54,136 nt of DNA from Rhodospirillales bacterium (GTDB taxonomy: Bacteria; Pseudomonadota; Alphaproteobacteria; UBA828): positions 1 to 54,136 of the forward strand of contig JAPPHR010000013.1 of the NCBI GenBank assembly GCA_028820995.1, read 5' to 3'. The translations under genes were made by a program, and so were the position numbers. The notes below the pieces were generated by a model. That model was not told the DNA's origin and did not search any database. It worked only from the letters and a program-made list of their open reading frames with translations. Shown here piece after piece: positions 34,915 through 43,673 of this stretch; positions within the stretch are counted from its first letter, which is position 1; each line of letters starts with the position of its first letter.

Positions 34915-35229
34915 GTGAGCGGCGACGGCACGGCGCGCGAGACGCGGGGCGGGCCGGTCCAGGCCGCCATCCGCCGCAAGCTGAGCGAGGCGCTGGCGCC
35001 CAGCCGCCTCGATATCGTTGACGATTCAGGCCGTCACGCCGGCCACGTCGGTGCGCGGCCCGAGGGCGAGACCCACTTCATCGTCGAAGTCGCCTCGGCG
35101 CAGTTTGCGGGGCTCTCGCGGGTCGCCCGCCAGCGCCTGGTCCACAAGGCGCTCGAAGACGAGCTGCAGGGGAGGGTCCACGCGCTCGCGCTGAAGACCC
35201 TCACGCCGGAGGAAGACACAGCGAATTAG
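34915..35229 (+). CDS. bolA: BolA-family protein
   Basis: 104 aa. L.IVDDSGRHAGH...THF.VEV.S..F.G.SRV.RQRLV...L is the BolA signature. GTG start. Confidence 0.85.
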   Translation: MSGDGTARETRGGPVQAAIRRKLSEALAPSRLDIVDDSGRHAGHVGARPEGETHFIVEVASAQFAGLSRVARQRLVHKALEDELQGRVHALALKTLTPEEDTAN

Positions 35230-35230
35230 A

Positions 35231-35255
35231 GCGTGTCCGTCTGTGACGGACACGC
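35231..35255 (+). terminator. Stem-loop immediately after the bolA stop (11-bp perfect stem, 3-nt loop, no U-tract)
   Basis: GCGTGTCCGTC tgt GACGGACACGC at 35231-35255. Confidence 0.4.
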
Positions 35256-35284
35256 GACAGGCCGCGACCGCGGCCCGCCGCGAA

Positions 35285-35373
35285 CGCGGCGCGCCCGCGC
35301 AGGTGCCGGCCGCAGGCCGGCTGCCGTGAGCGACAAAGAATCAGAGCGTTTGCGTGCAAACGGAAACGCTCTG
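35285..35373 (+). repeat. Double-palindrome intergenic repeat, copy 1 (RIME/REP-like)
   Basis: Contains GCCGGCC-gca-GGCCGGC and AGAGCGTTTGCGT-gcaa-ACGGAAACGCTCT. It is near-identical to the reverse complement of 54047-54136. Confidence 0.6.
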
Positions 35374-35385
35374 GAGCAGGCGGGC

Positions 35386-36318
35386 CTACACCGCCGCCAT
35401 CAGCGCCTGGACATGGGCCGCGGCGCTCGCGCCCAGCGCCCGCATGTTGTAGCCGCCTTCCAACGTCGAGACGACGTGGCCGTCGCAGTGCTCGCCGGCG
35501 ATCCGCAGCAGCTCGGTCGTGATCCAGGTGTAGTCGTCCTCCACCAGCTCCAGGTTCGCCAGCGGGTCGTCGCGGTGCGCGTCGAAACCGGCCGAGATCA
35601 TGATCAGCTCCGGCCGGTGCGCGCGGAGCGCCGGCAGCAGGCGGCTCTCCATCGCGTCGCGGAACCCAGCCGAGCCCGTGCCCGCCGAGAGCGGGGCGTT
35701 GACGACGTTGCCGACGCCGGTCTCGTGCGCGGCGCCGGTGCCCGGGTAGAGCGGCGACTGGTGGGTCGAGCCGAAGAAGAGATCGCCGTCCTCCTCGAAC
35801 GCCGCCTGCGTGCCGTTGCCGTGATGGACGTCGAAGTCGACCACGGCGATGCGGGTGAGGCCGTGCGCGCGCCGCGCCCGCTCGGCGCCGATCACGACGT
35901 TGTTGAAGAGGCAAAACCCCATGGGCCGGCGCGGCTCGGCGTGGTGGCCGGGCGGGCGCACCGCGCAAAAGGCGTTGTCTGCATCGCCGCCTAGCACCGC
36001 GTCCACCGCAGCCGTCACCGCGCCCGCCGCGCGCCGTGCCGCCTCGCCGGAGGCCGGCGACATGACCGTGTCGGCGTCGATCGCGACCCGCCCTTCGCTG
36101 GGCACGTTGGCGAGAATGGCGTCCACCAGCCGCTCGTCGTGTGCCCAGGCGAGGCTGTCGGTCTCGCCGACCGGCGCCTCGCGGCGCTCCAGGGTCGCAA
36201 ACGACTCGGCGGCAAGCGCGTCCTCGATCGCGCGAAGTCGTGCGCCCGACTCGGGGTGCTGCGCGCCGGGATCGTGCTCGGCGCACACGGGATGGCTGTA
36301 CAGAACTGTCCTGGCCAC
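35386..36318 (-). CDS. Histone deacetylase-family (acetylpolyamine/acetoin utilisation-like) deacetylase
   Basis: CAVRPPGHHAE, AVVDFDVHHGNGTQ and TLEGGY motifs. GTG 36318 is preferred (GGAG 9 nt upstream) over GTG 36351. Confidence 0.85.
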   Translation of the reverse strand: MARTVLYSHPVCAEHDPGAQHPESGARLRAIEDALAAESFATLERREAPVGETDSLAWAHDERLVDAILANVPSEGRVAIDADTVMSPASGEAARRAAGAVTAAVDAVLGGDADNAFCAVRPPGHHAEPRRPMGFCLFNNVVIGAERARRAHGLTRIAVVDFDVHHGNGTQAAFEEDGDLFFGSTHQSPLYPGTGAAHETGVGNVVNAPLSAGTGSAGFRDAMESRLLPALRAHRPELIMISAGFDAHRDDPLANLELVEDDYTWITTELLRIAGEHCDGHVVSTLEGGYNMRALGASAAAHVQALMAAV

Positions 36319-36473
36319 GGTCTCATCTCCTGCTCTGCCCAAGCGTAGCACGGGCTTGTCCGGAGCGCGGCCTCATCGGCGACAAGCCTCCTGTCGCAAA
36401 TTACGCTGTATTGGGGCTGGACCTGAGCCAGAGAATCGCCACATTGGAGCCTGAGGATCCAAGGGAGGAATCG

Positions 36474-37877
36474 ATGCGTCTTCCGCTGTTCTTGCTCACC
36501 CCCGTCCTGATGGCGGCGACCCTCGCTATCGCGGCCCCGGCGCAGGCGCACCCTGCGGCGGACGAGGTGCCCTCGCTCGCGCCCCTCGTGAAGGAGATCG
36601 GGCCGTCGGTGGTGAACATCATGACCACGGGCAAGTTGGAGCAGATCCAGCCGGAGTCGCAGGAGCCGCATCCCTTCTTCGACCACCCGTTCTTCAAGGA
36701 ATTCTTCGGTGAGCGCATGCCGGAGCGCCAGCGCCCGCAGCTCCGCCGGCCCAGTGCGCTCGGCTCCGGCGTCATCGTGGACGCCGAGAACGGCTACTTG
36801 CTCACCAACAATCATGTGATCGAAATGGCGGAAGAGATCACCGTGACGCTGACCGACCGCCGCACGTTTGAGGCGGAGCTGGTGGGCGCCGATCCCGAGA
36901 CGGATGTCGCGCTGCTCAAGATCGACGCCGATGCGCTGACTGCGCTGCCGTTAGCGAATTCGGACGAGCTGCAGGTCGGCGACTACGTCGTCGCCATCGG
37001 CAACCCCTTCGGCCTCGGCCAGACTGTCACCGCCGGCATCGTGAGCGCGGTCGGCCGCTCAGGCCTCCGCCTCGGTCCCGACTCCTACCAGAATTTCATT
37101 CAGACCGACGCGGCCATCAATGTCGGCAACTCGGGCGGTGCGCTCGTCAACCTCAAGGGCGAGCTCGTCGGCATCAACACCGCAATTTACACCGGACGCG
37201 TCGGCGGCAACATCGGCATCGGCTTTGCGATTCCCATCAGCATGGCTCAGCGGATCATGGATCAGCTGCTCACCCATGGCGAGATTCAGCGGGGCCGCAT
37301 CGGCGTGCAAATTCAGGACCTGACGCCCGAATTCGCTGAGGCGCTCGGGACCACCCATCAGAGGGGCGCCGTGGTCGCCCAGGTGCTGCCCGGAACGCCA
37401 GCGGCGGCGGCCGGAATTCAGCGTGGCGACGTGATCGTCGAGATGAACGGCCAGTCCGTGGTCGGCGCGTCCGACCTGCGCAACAAGGTCGGCCTGCTAC
37501 GCGTAGGCGATGCGGTCCGGCTCAGCATCGTGCGCGACGGGGAGACCATGGCGATCGAGCTCGCGGTCGGCGAGCGCGGCGAGATGTCGCTCAGCGCGGG
37601 CAGCCAGGTTCCTCAGTTGGAAGGCGTGGTGCTGGGTCCGTTGACCCCCGATTCCCCGCTCTACGACGAACTCAAGGAGGGCGTGCTCGTCATGGAGGTC
37701 GAGGCGGACTCCCCCGCCTGGAACGAAGGGCTGCGCGAGGGCGACGTGATCGTCGAGGTCAATCGCCAAGAGGTGAAGAGCACCGACGACATTCTGCAGG
37801 TGCTGGAGGGGTCCTCTCCGCCGCTTCTGCTGAACATCAGGCGGGGCGAGGGCGCGCGCTTCATCCTCATTCCCTGA
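36474..37877 (+). CDS. Do/DegP/HtrA-family periplasmic serine protease with two PDZ domains
   Basis: ATG 36474 follows GGGAGGAA. Signal peptide ...AIAAPAQA. Triad contexts TNNHVI, DVALLKI, GNSGGAL. The C-terminal half is PDZ-like. Confidence 0.9.
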   Translation: MRLPLFLLTPVLMAATLAIAAPAQAHPAADEVPSLAPLVKEIGPSVVNIMTTGKLEQIQPESQEPHPFFDHPFFKEFFGERMPERQRPQLRRPSALGSGVIVDAENGYLLTNNHVIEMAEEITVTLTDRRTFEAELVGADPETDVALLKIDADALTALPLANSDELQVGDYVVAIGNPFGLGQTVTAGIVSAVGRSGLRLGPDSYQNFIQTDAAINVGNSGGALVNLKGELVGINTAIYTGRVGGNIGIGFAIPISMAQRIMDQLLTHGEIQRGRIGVQIQDLTPEFAEALGTTHQRGAVVAQVLPGTPAAAAGIQRGDVIVEMNGQSVVGASDLRNKVGLLRVGDAVRLSIVRDGETMAIELAVGERGEMSLSAGSQVPQLEGVVLGPLTPDSPLYDELKEGVLVMEVEADSPAWNEGLREGDVIVEVNRQEVKSTDDILQVLEGSSPPLLLNIRRGEGARFILIP

Positions 37878-37924
37878 CGCGGCAGGACATTGGCCGCGTA
37901 GGGGCCGTCACCTGAGCCGCGCGC

Positions 37925-38692
37925 TCAGGCCGTGGCGCGCGCGCGGATGGGGCCGTCGGCCCGCTGGTTGATCAGCTGGTCCAGATAGGCGTTGCCGCTC
38001 TCGTCGATGTCGGCGGTGGGGCCCTGCCAGAGGATCGCCCCGTCGTGCAGCATGGCGAGCCGGTCGAAGCTCTTCCGGGCTACGCTCATGTCGCTCGTCA
38101 CCGCAAGCGCGGTCGTGCCGGTCCGCTCGATGGCGCTCCGAATGAGCGAGACGATCGCGCCTGTGAGGATCGGGTCGAGGCCGGCGGTCGGATCGTCGAG
38201 CACGAGGAAACGGGGCTCGGCGGCGATCGCGCGGCCCAGCGCGACGCGCTTTTGCATGCCGCCCGAAAGCTCGGCCGGAGAGAGGTCGGCGACGTCCGGC
38301 CTGAGACCCACCGACGCAAGGATGTCCGCAGCCCGTTGCCTGGCGGTGCGGCGGGCCATGCCGTGGCCGTGGATCAGGGTGAAGGCCACGTTCTCCCACA
38401 CGCTGAGGCTGTCGAAGAGCGCGTTCTGCTGGAACAGCACGCCCACGTCGCGCATCAGGTGCTCCAGCCCCGTCTTGTCGAGGCTTACGAGGTCGGTGTC
38501 GCCGTATTGGACGCTGCCGCTATCCATCGGCATCAGGCCGAGCAGACACTTCAGCAGGACCGACTTGCCGCCCGAAGAGGGGCCGACCAGGACGGTCGAC
38601 TGCCCCTCCGGCACATCGAGGTCGACTCCGCGCAGCACGGGCCTGCCGTCGAACGTCTTGACCACGCCGCGGGCTGTGACCGTAATGCTCAT
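37925..38692 (-). CDS. ABC transporter ATP-binding protein, MlaF-like, with no adjacent permease
   Basis: 255 aa. Walker A GPSSGGKS, signature LSGGMQKRVALGRA, Walker B FLVLDDPTAGLD. LFDSLSVWENVAF is typical of MlaF/Ttg2A-type ATPases. Confidence 0.85.
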   Translation of the reverse strand: MSITVTARGVVKTFDGRPVLRGVDLDVPEGQSTVLVGPSSGGKSVLLKCLLGLMPMDSGSVQYGDTDLVSLDKTGLEHLMRDVGVLFQQNALFDSLSVWENVAFTLIHGHGMARRTARQRAADILASVGLRPDVADLSPAELSGGMQKRVALGRAIAAEPRFLVLDDPTAGLDPILTGAIVSLIRSAIERTGTTALAVTSDMSVARKSFDRLAMLHDGAILWQGPTADIDESGNAYLDQLINQRADGPIRARATA

Positions 38693-38759
38693 GGCTCGTC
38701 TCTAGCCCGGATTTCTCTCCAATGTCACGGCCTGCGGCCAGCGAAAGAGGTCTCCCATC

Positions 38760-40016
38760 ATGCCTGACGACACGCTGCTCGAACGCCGCCACCGGCTGCT
38801 CGGCGCCGGCGCACCGCTCTTCTACGACCGGCCGCTCCATCTCGTGAAGGGGGAGGGGAGCAGGGTCTGGGACAGCGACGGCCGCGTCTATCTCGACGCC
38901 TACAACAACGTGCCGCACGTCGGCCATTGCCATCCGCATGTGGTGGGCGCACTCGCGGATCAGGCCGGCCGGCTCAATCTCTCGACCCGGTACCTGGACG
39001 AGCGAATCCTCGACTACGGCGAGGCGCTGACCGCCACATTCGCGGACGAGCTCACCCGCGTCTCGCTCACCTGCTCCGGCACCGAGGCGAGCGAGCTCGC
39101 GCTCCGGATCGCCCGCGCCTGCACCGGCAACGAGGGCGTCATCGTCACCGACTTCTGCTACCACGGGAACTCCGCCGTGGTTGCCGCGCTCTGCACAGCG
39201 TTCGAGATGCCCGAGGGTATCGACCCCAGGGTGCGCACGATCAGGGTGCCCGAGGCTGAGGACGACGCCGGCGAGGCGGCGGCAGACGTCGAGGCCGCCA
39301 TCGCCTCGATGGCCGAGGCCGGTATGCGGCCTGCCGCGATCTTCTTCGACACGATCTTCGCGACCGAGGGCATGCCCGCCGTTCCGGAAGGCTATGTCGA
39401 GCGGGCGGTCGCGCTCACCCGCGAGGCCGGCGGCCTCTACATCGCCGACGAAGTGCAGCCGGGCCTCGGCCGCACGGGCGCTGCGATGTGGGGGCACCAG
39501 CTCTACGACGCGGTGCCCGACCTCGTGACTCTCGGCAAGCCGCTCGGCAACGGCCACCCGCTGGCGGGCGTCGTCGCCCGCCCGGCGTTGATCGACGAGT
39601 TCGCTTCCAAGGCCATGTACTTCAATACCTTTGGCGGCAATCCGGTCTCCTGCGCGGTGGGGCACGCGGTGCTGGAGGTCATCGAGGAGGAAGGCCTCAT
39701 GGAGAACGCGCGCAGGGTCGGCGCGCATTTGCACGAGGGGCTTCTCGCGCTCGGCAACAAGCACGCGATGATCGGCGCGCCGCGCGGGCGGGGGTTCTTC
39801 ACGGGCGTTCCGTTCTTCGCCGGCGGGGACATGCGGACGCCGGCGCCGGCGCTCGCCAAGGCCGCGGTGAACGGGATGCGCGAGCGCGGCGTGCTGATCA
39901 GCCGCACCGGCCGGCACGACCACGTGCTAAAGATTAGGCCGCCCATGCCATTCTCTGCGGCGGACGCGGATCAGCTTCTCGCCGCCCTCGACGAAACCCT
40001 CGACTTGCTTGTCTGA
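38760..40016 (+). CDS. Class-III PLP-dependent aminotransferase-fold enzyme (AGXT2L/phospho-lyase-like subgroup)
   Basis: 418 aa. AYNNVPHVGHCHP, ADEVQPGLGRTG, and TLGKPLGNGHP (PLP Lys). The motif set resembles AGXT2L-type enzymes. Confidence 0.9.
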   Translation: MPDDTLLERRHRLLGAGAPLFYDRPLHLVKGEGSRVWDSDGRVYLDAYNNVPHVGHCHPHVVGALADQAGRLNLSTRYLDERILDYGEALTATFADELTRVSLTCSGTEASELALRIARACTGNEGVIVTDFCYHGNSAVVAALCTAFEMPEGIDPRVRTIRVPEAEDDAGEAAADVEAAIASMAEAGMRPAAIFFDTIFATEGMPAVPEGYVERAVALTREAGGLYIADEVQPGLGRTGAAMWGHQLYDAVPDLVTLGKPLGNGHPLAGVVARPALIDEFASKAMYFNTFGGNPVSCAVGHAVLEVIEEEGLMENARRVGAHLHEGLLALGNKHAMIGAPRGRGFFTGVPFFAGGDMRTPAPALAKAAVNGMRERGVLISRTGRHDHVLKIRPPMPFSAADADQLLAALDETLDLLV

Positions 40017-40026
40017 CGGACCACCG

Positions 40027-41049
40027 ATGACCGACTTCTACCGCCTGCCGCTCGCTGAGCGGGCCGAGCGGCTGCAGGCGCTCGCGACGGTCGCTCTGGC
40101 TCGCTGGGGGGTGCGGGACTGCGAGCCCGAGATCCTCAAGGTCCGCGAGAACGCCGTGTTTCGTGTCCGGACGGCGGAGGGGGACGCCGCGGTGCTCCGC
40201 GTTCACCGCCACGGCTATCACAGCGACGCGGCGCTTCGCTCCGAGCTTGCCTGGCTGGAAGCGCTGAACGCCGACGGCATCGCCGTGTCGGCGGTGATCC
40301 CGAGCGCCGCCGGCGCGCCGTTCGAGATCGTAACGGTCGCGGGCGTGCCGGAGCCCCGCCAGGTGGACATGCTGACCTGGATGCCCGGTATCCCCATCGG
40401 CACGATCGAGGAGGGGCTGAATCCTGCGATCGCGGACGTGCACGCGGTGTTCGAGGCCGTCGGGCGGCTCGCCGCTCGTCTCCACAACCAGACGGAGGCG
40501 TGGCCGCAGCCGTCTGGATTCGTTCGCCATGCCTGGGACCGCGAGGGACTGGTGGGTCCCAAGCCGCTGTGGGGCCGGTTCTGGGAGGCCGCCGTGCTTG
40601 GGGCCGAAGAGCGCCGGCTGATCGACCGTGCCCGGGCGCAGGTCCACGACGACCTGACCGCCTACGGCTGCCCGCCCCGCCGCTATGGCCTGATCCACGC
40701 CGACCTCAACCTCGACAACATGCTCTTCGACGGCGAGCGGGTGGTCATCCTCGACTTCGACGACTGCGGTTTCGGCTGGCACCTGTTCGACCTGTCGACG
40801 GTCTGGACCCTGTTCCACGGCAGCGACCTGGCCGAGGCGATGCGGGCCGGCGTCATCGAGGGCTACCGCCGCGAGCGCGACCTGCCGGACGAAGAACTCG
40901 CCCACATGCCGCTCTTCGAGCTCGGGCGCGCGTTCAGCTATCTGGGGTGGGTCCACACGCGCTCGGAGACCGCGAGTGCGCAGGCCCTGGCGCAGGAGGT
41001 CGCGACGCTCGTGTGCACGCTCGCGGAGGCTTACCTGCGCGGCGGGTAA
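40027..41049 (+). CDS. APH-fold phosphotransferase (homoserine kinase type II / hydroxylysine kinase-like)
   Basis: IHADLNLDNMLF (HxDxxxxN catalytic loop) and ILDFDDCGFG (DFD). ATG 40027 lies 11 nt after the aminotransferase stop. An alternative TTG at 40009 overlaps that gene. Confidence 0.85.
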   Translation: MTDFYRLPLAERAERLQALATVALARWGVRDCEPEILKVRENAVFRVRTAEGDAAVLRVHRHGYHSDAALRSELAWLEALNADGIAVSAVIPSAAGAPFEIVTVAGVPEPRQVDMLTWMPGIPIGTIEEGLNPAIADVHAVFEAVGRLAARLHNQTEAWPQPSGFVRHAWDREGLVGPKPLWGRFWEAAVLGAEERRLIDRARAQVHDDLTAYGCPPRRYGLIHADLNLDNMLFDGERVVILDFDDCGFGWHLFDLSTVWTLFHGSDLAEAMRAGVIEGYRRERDLPDEELAHMPLFELGRAFSYLGWVHTRSETASAQALAQEVATLVCTLAEAYLRGG

Positions 41050-41058
41050 ACGGCGAGG

Positions 41059-42174
41059 CTACGGAAAGAGAGTGAGGACGCCGGTGTAGCCGTAGAGCCG
41101 GTTGTGCGAGATTTCGCCGTTGCAGAAGAAGCCGACCAGCGGCACGTCGCCGAGCGTGCGCTCGATGAGCCGCAGCTCTTCAGACGCTTCGCCGAACATG
41201 TTGGGGCCGCGGGCGAGGCAGGTGAAATAGAGACCGCCGCGCGGCTCGGCGCCGGCCCGCCGCTTCACCGATTCCACCATGCGGCCCAGGTCCTGCTCGG
41301 CGGCCTCGGTGTCGCGGCGGCAGAACTGCACCAGGGCGCCGCGCTCCACCAGCTCGCCGATGCCGATCAGCCCCCGGTCGACATCGAAGCCCATGATATT
41401 GCGCACCAGGTAGTCGCCGGTGTCGCTGCCCGCGACAGGAAGGGCCGCGAAGATGAGGCCGCCGACCCGGCGCAGGTCGCTGGCGAGCTGCTCGCCGATC
41501 TCCTCCTTGAACACATCCAGCGCCGGGCGCCCGTCGAGCTCGATGATGATGTTGGCCTGGCAGTCGGTAATCTCGTGGCCGGGCCCGATCGGCATGCAGC
41601 TCTGGCTGAGCGCGGTCGCGACGGCGACGGTCTCGGACAAGAGGACGCCGGAGACCCCGCCCTCGGTGACTCCGCCCGCGATCTGCGCAGGCACCGCGCG
41701 CGACGAGGAGAGGCCGCCCACGAGGAATCCCTCCAGTTCGTCGGCGAGGTCGGCGATGATGTCGCCCGTGCGCTGGTTGCGCGGGTCGGCGTGAACGATG
41801 CCGAAGCGGGCGGGGGCACGCGCGATCCAGGCGCCGTTTTCGCGGCTGAACTCGCCGAGGTCGTCGCCGATGGTCTGGAAGACCCGATAGCTCGTCCGGT
41901 CGAGGTCGGCGATCATGACCGCAGCGGCGGGCTCGTCGAAGTATTCCCGCCCCGTGGCGCAGATGCCGATGCCGACCGAGCCCACCCACTCGTCGATGCC
42001 GGTCGCGCGCTTGAGCCGGGCCAGCGCCGCCGGCAGGTCATCGCCGATCGCGTCGGTGACGTAGAGCATCCCGAGCCCGTTCTGCGGCACGGTCGGCCCG
42101 AGCTTCTCGATGCAGGCCTCGATGGCGTCGTCGCCGCTCGCGCCGCCGGCATGGGCATACTGAAATCGCGTCAT
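41059..42174 (-). CDS. FIST_N/FIST_C domain protein (stand-alone putative ligand sensor)
   Basis: 371 aa. The overall pattern, ending ...VPLVGFFCNGEI, is characteristic of the FIST C-terminal domain. Confidence 0.85.
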   Translation of the reverse strand: MTRFQYAHAGGASGDDAIEACIEKLGPTVPQNGLGMLYVTDAIGDDLPAALARLKRATGIDEWVGSVGIGICATGREYFDEPAAAVMIADLDRTSYRVFQTIGDDLGEFSRENGAWIARAPARFGIVHADPRNQRTGDIIADLADELEGFLVGGLSSSRAVPAQIAGGVTEGGVSGVLLSETVAVATALSQSCMPIGPGHEITDCQANIIIELDGRPALDVFKEEIGEQLASDLRRVGGLIFAALPVAGSDTGDYLVRNIMGFDVDRGLIGIGELVERGALVQFCRRDTEAAEQDLGRMVESVKRRAGAEPRGGLYFTCLARGPNMFGEASEELRLIERTLGDVPLVGFFCNGEISHNRLYGYTGVLTLFP

Positions 42175-42225
42175 TCTCTGCGTCCCGGCGCTAGTTCGCG
42201 CTCGTAAGCGTGCTCAATGGTGCGC

Positions 42226-43572
42226 TCACGGGCATGCGTCCTGCAAGCGGGCGGCGCACCAGGCTGCTGCGCGCAATGTCGTGGCGTCCGCCCCGAAGCG
42301 CCCCACCACCTGAAGGCCAAGCGGCAGGCCGCCCACGGTAAGGGCGGGCACGTTGACCGCCGGCACGCCGAGCATGGTCCAGAGCATGGTCTGGGTGCGG
42401 CTGCCGGTAAAGTCCAGGCCCTCCGGCGCTCCGCCGGGGGCGGCAGGGGTCAGCGCCGCATCGTAAGGCCTCATCGCATGCTCGAACGCGCGCCGCATCG
42501 CGTCCGCCTCGTCGAGCAGGGAGAGGTAGGCATCGGCATTGATCGCCCGTCCGCCTTCGATGTGCTCGCGCACGATGTCGGAGAGCGCGGCCTCGCCCCG
42601 CGCGACCCACGGCGCGAACGCGTGGGCGACCTCCCGCCTCATGATGCCGAGGTGCACCGCTCTGGCCGCCGCGAAGGGCGAGCCGAGGGTAAGCGGCTCG
42701 GCGCCGAGTTCGCCCGCCGCAGCCTCGTAGGCCGCCGCCGCGTCGGCCTCGGCCTCCTCCCAGCCCGGCTGCCTGATGAACGCGAGCCGGGGCCGCCCGA
42801 GCGGCAGGGCGAGCGCTGCGGCGAGGCGAGTGGGCGCCCGCCCGGCACTCGCCTGGTCCAGCCCGTCGTCGCCGGAGATCGCGTCAATGCCGAGCGCCAC
42901 GTCCTGCGCCGAGCCCGCGAACACGCCGACGTGGTCGAGGGATCGCGAGAGCCGCGTGACTCCGGTACGGGGGATCGTGCCGAAGCTCGGCTTCATGCCC
43001 CAGACGCCGCAAAAAGCGGCCGGCCGCACGACCGAGCCTGCGGTCTGGGTGCCGAGCGCGAGCGGCACGCCGCCTGCGGCCACGGTCGCGGCCGAACCGG
43101 AGGAGGAGCCGCCCGGCGTGTGCGCAAGCGCGTGCGGATTGCGTGTCTCGTTGGCTGCGCCGCAGGCAAGCTCGGTGGTGACGGTCTTGCCCAGGATCAG
43201 CGCGCCGGCGGCGCGCAGGCGGCGCACGACCGTGGCATTCGTGTCCGGCCTGCGTCCTGCGTCGAGGGGAGTGCCGTTCTCGGTCGGCCGGTCCGCGGTG
43301 TCGATGATGTCCTTCACGGCGACGGGGACGCCGGCGAGCACTCCCTCCGGGCCCGCAGCGTCGATCGCCTGCGCCTGCGCCATGGCCTGCCCGGCATCGA
43401 GACAGGCCCACGCGTGCACGCGCGAATCCGTCTCGGCGATGCGCTCGAGGGCGTCGGTACAGGCTGCCGCAGCGCTCCCGCGTCCTGCCCGGACGCTGGC
43501 CGCGATCTCTGCCGCACGTGGGCATTCCGGCAATCGCAGCGTCTCGTTTCGTCCCGTGCCGGTCGTCGTCAT
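42226..43572 (-). CDS. Amidase-signature family amidase
   Basis: 448 aa. VAVKDIIDT (Lys), GGSSSGSAATVAAG, GTQTAGSVVRPAAFCG (nucleophile Ser). Confidence 0.9.
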   Translation of the reverse strand: MTTTGTGRNETLRLPECPRAAEIAASVRAGRGSAAAACTDALERIAETDSRVHAWACLDAGQAMAQAQAIDAAGPEGVLAGVPVAVKDIIDTADRPTENGTPLDAGRRPDTNATVVRRLRAAGALILGKTVTTELACGAANETRNPHALAHTPGGSSSGSAATVAAGGVPLALGTQTAGSVVRPAAFCGVWGMKPSFGTIPRTGVTRLSRSLDHVGVFAGSAQDVALGIDAISGDDGLDQASAGRAPTRLAAALALPLGRPRLAFIRQPGWEEAEADAAAAYEAAAGELGAEPLTLGSPFAAARAVHLGIMRREVAHAFAPWVARGEAALSDIVREHIEGGRAINADAYLSLLDEADAMRRAFEHAMRPYDAALTPAAPGGAPEGLDFTGSRTQTMLWTMLGVPAVNVPALTVGGLPLGLQVVGRFGADATTLRAAAWCAARLQDACP

Positions 43573-43673
43573 CGTCTCACCATCCGTATGGCCTGGACCT
43601 CAAGCATACCGCGGGGTCTCGTAAACAGCGCCGTTCCTTGGCAAGGCCTGCGGGCAGGGCTATAAGCCGAGGC

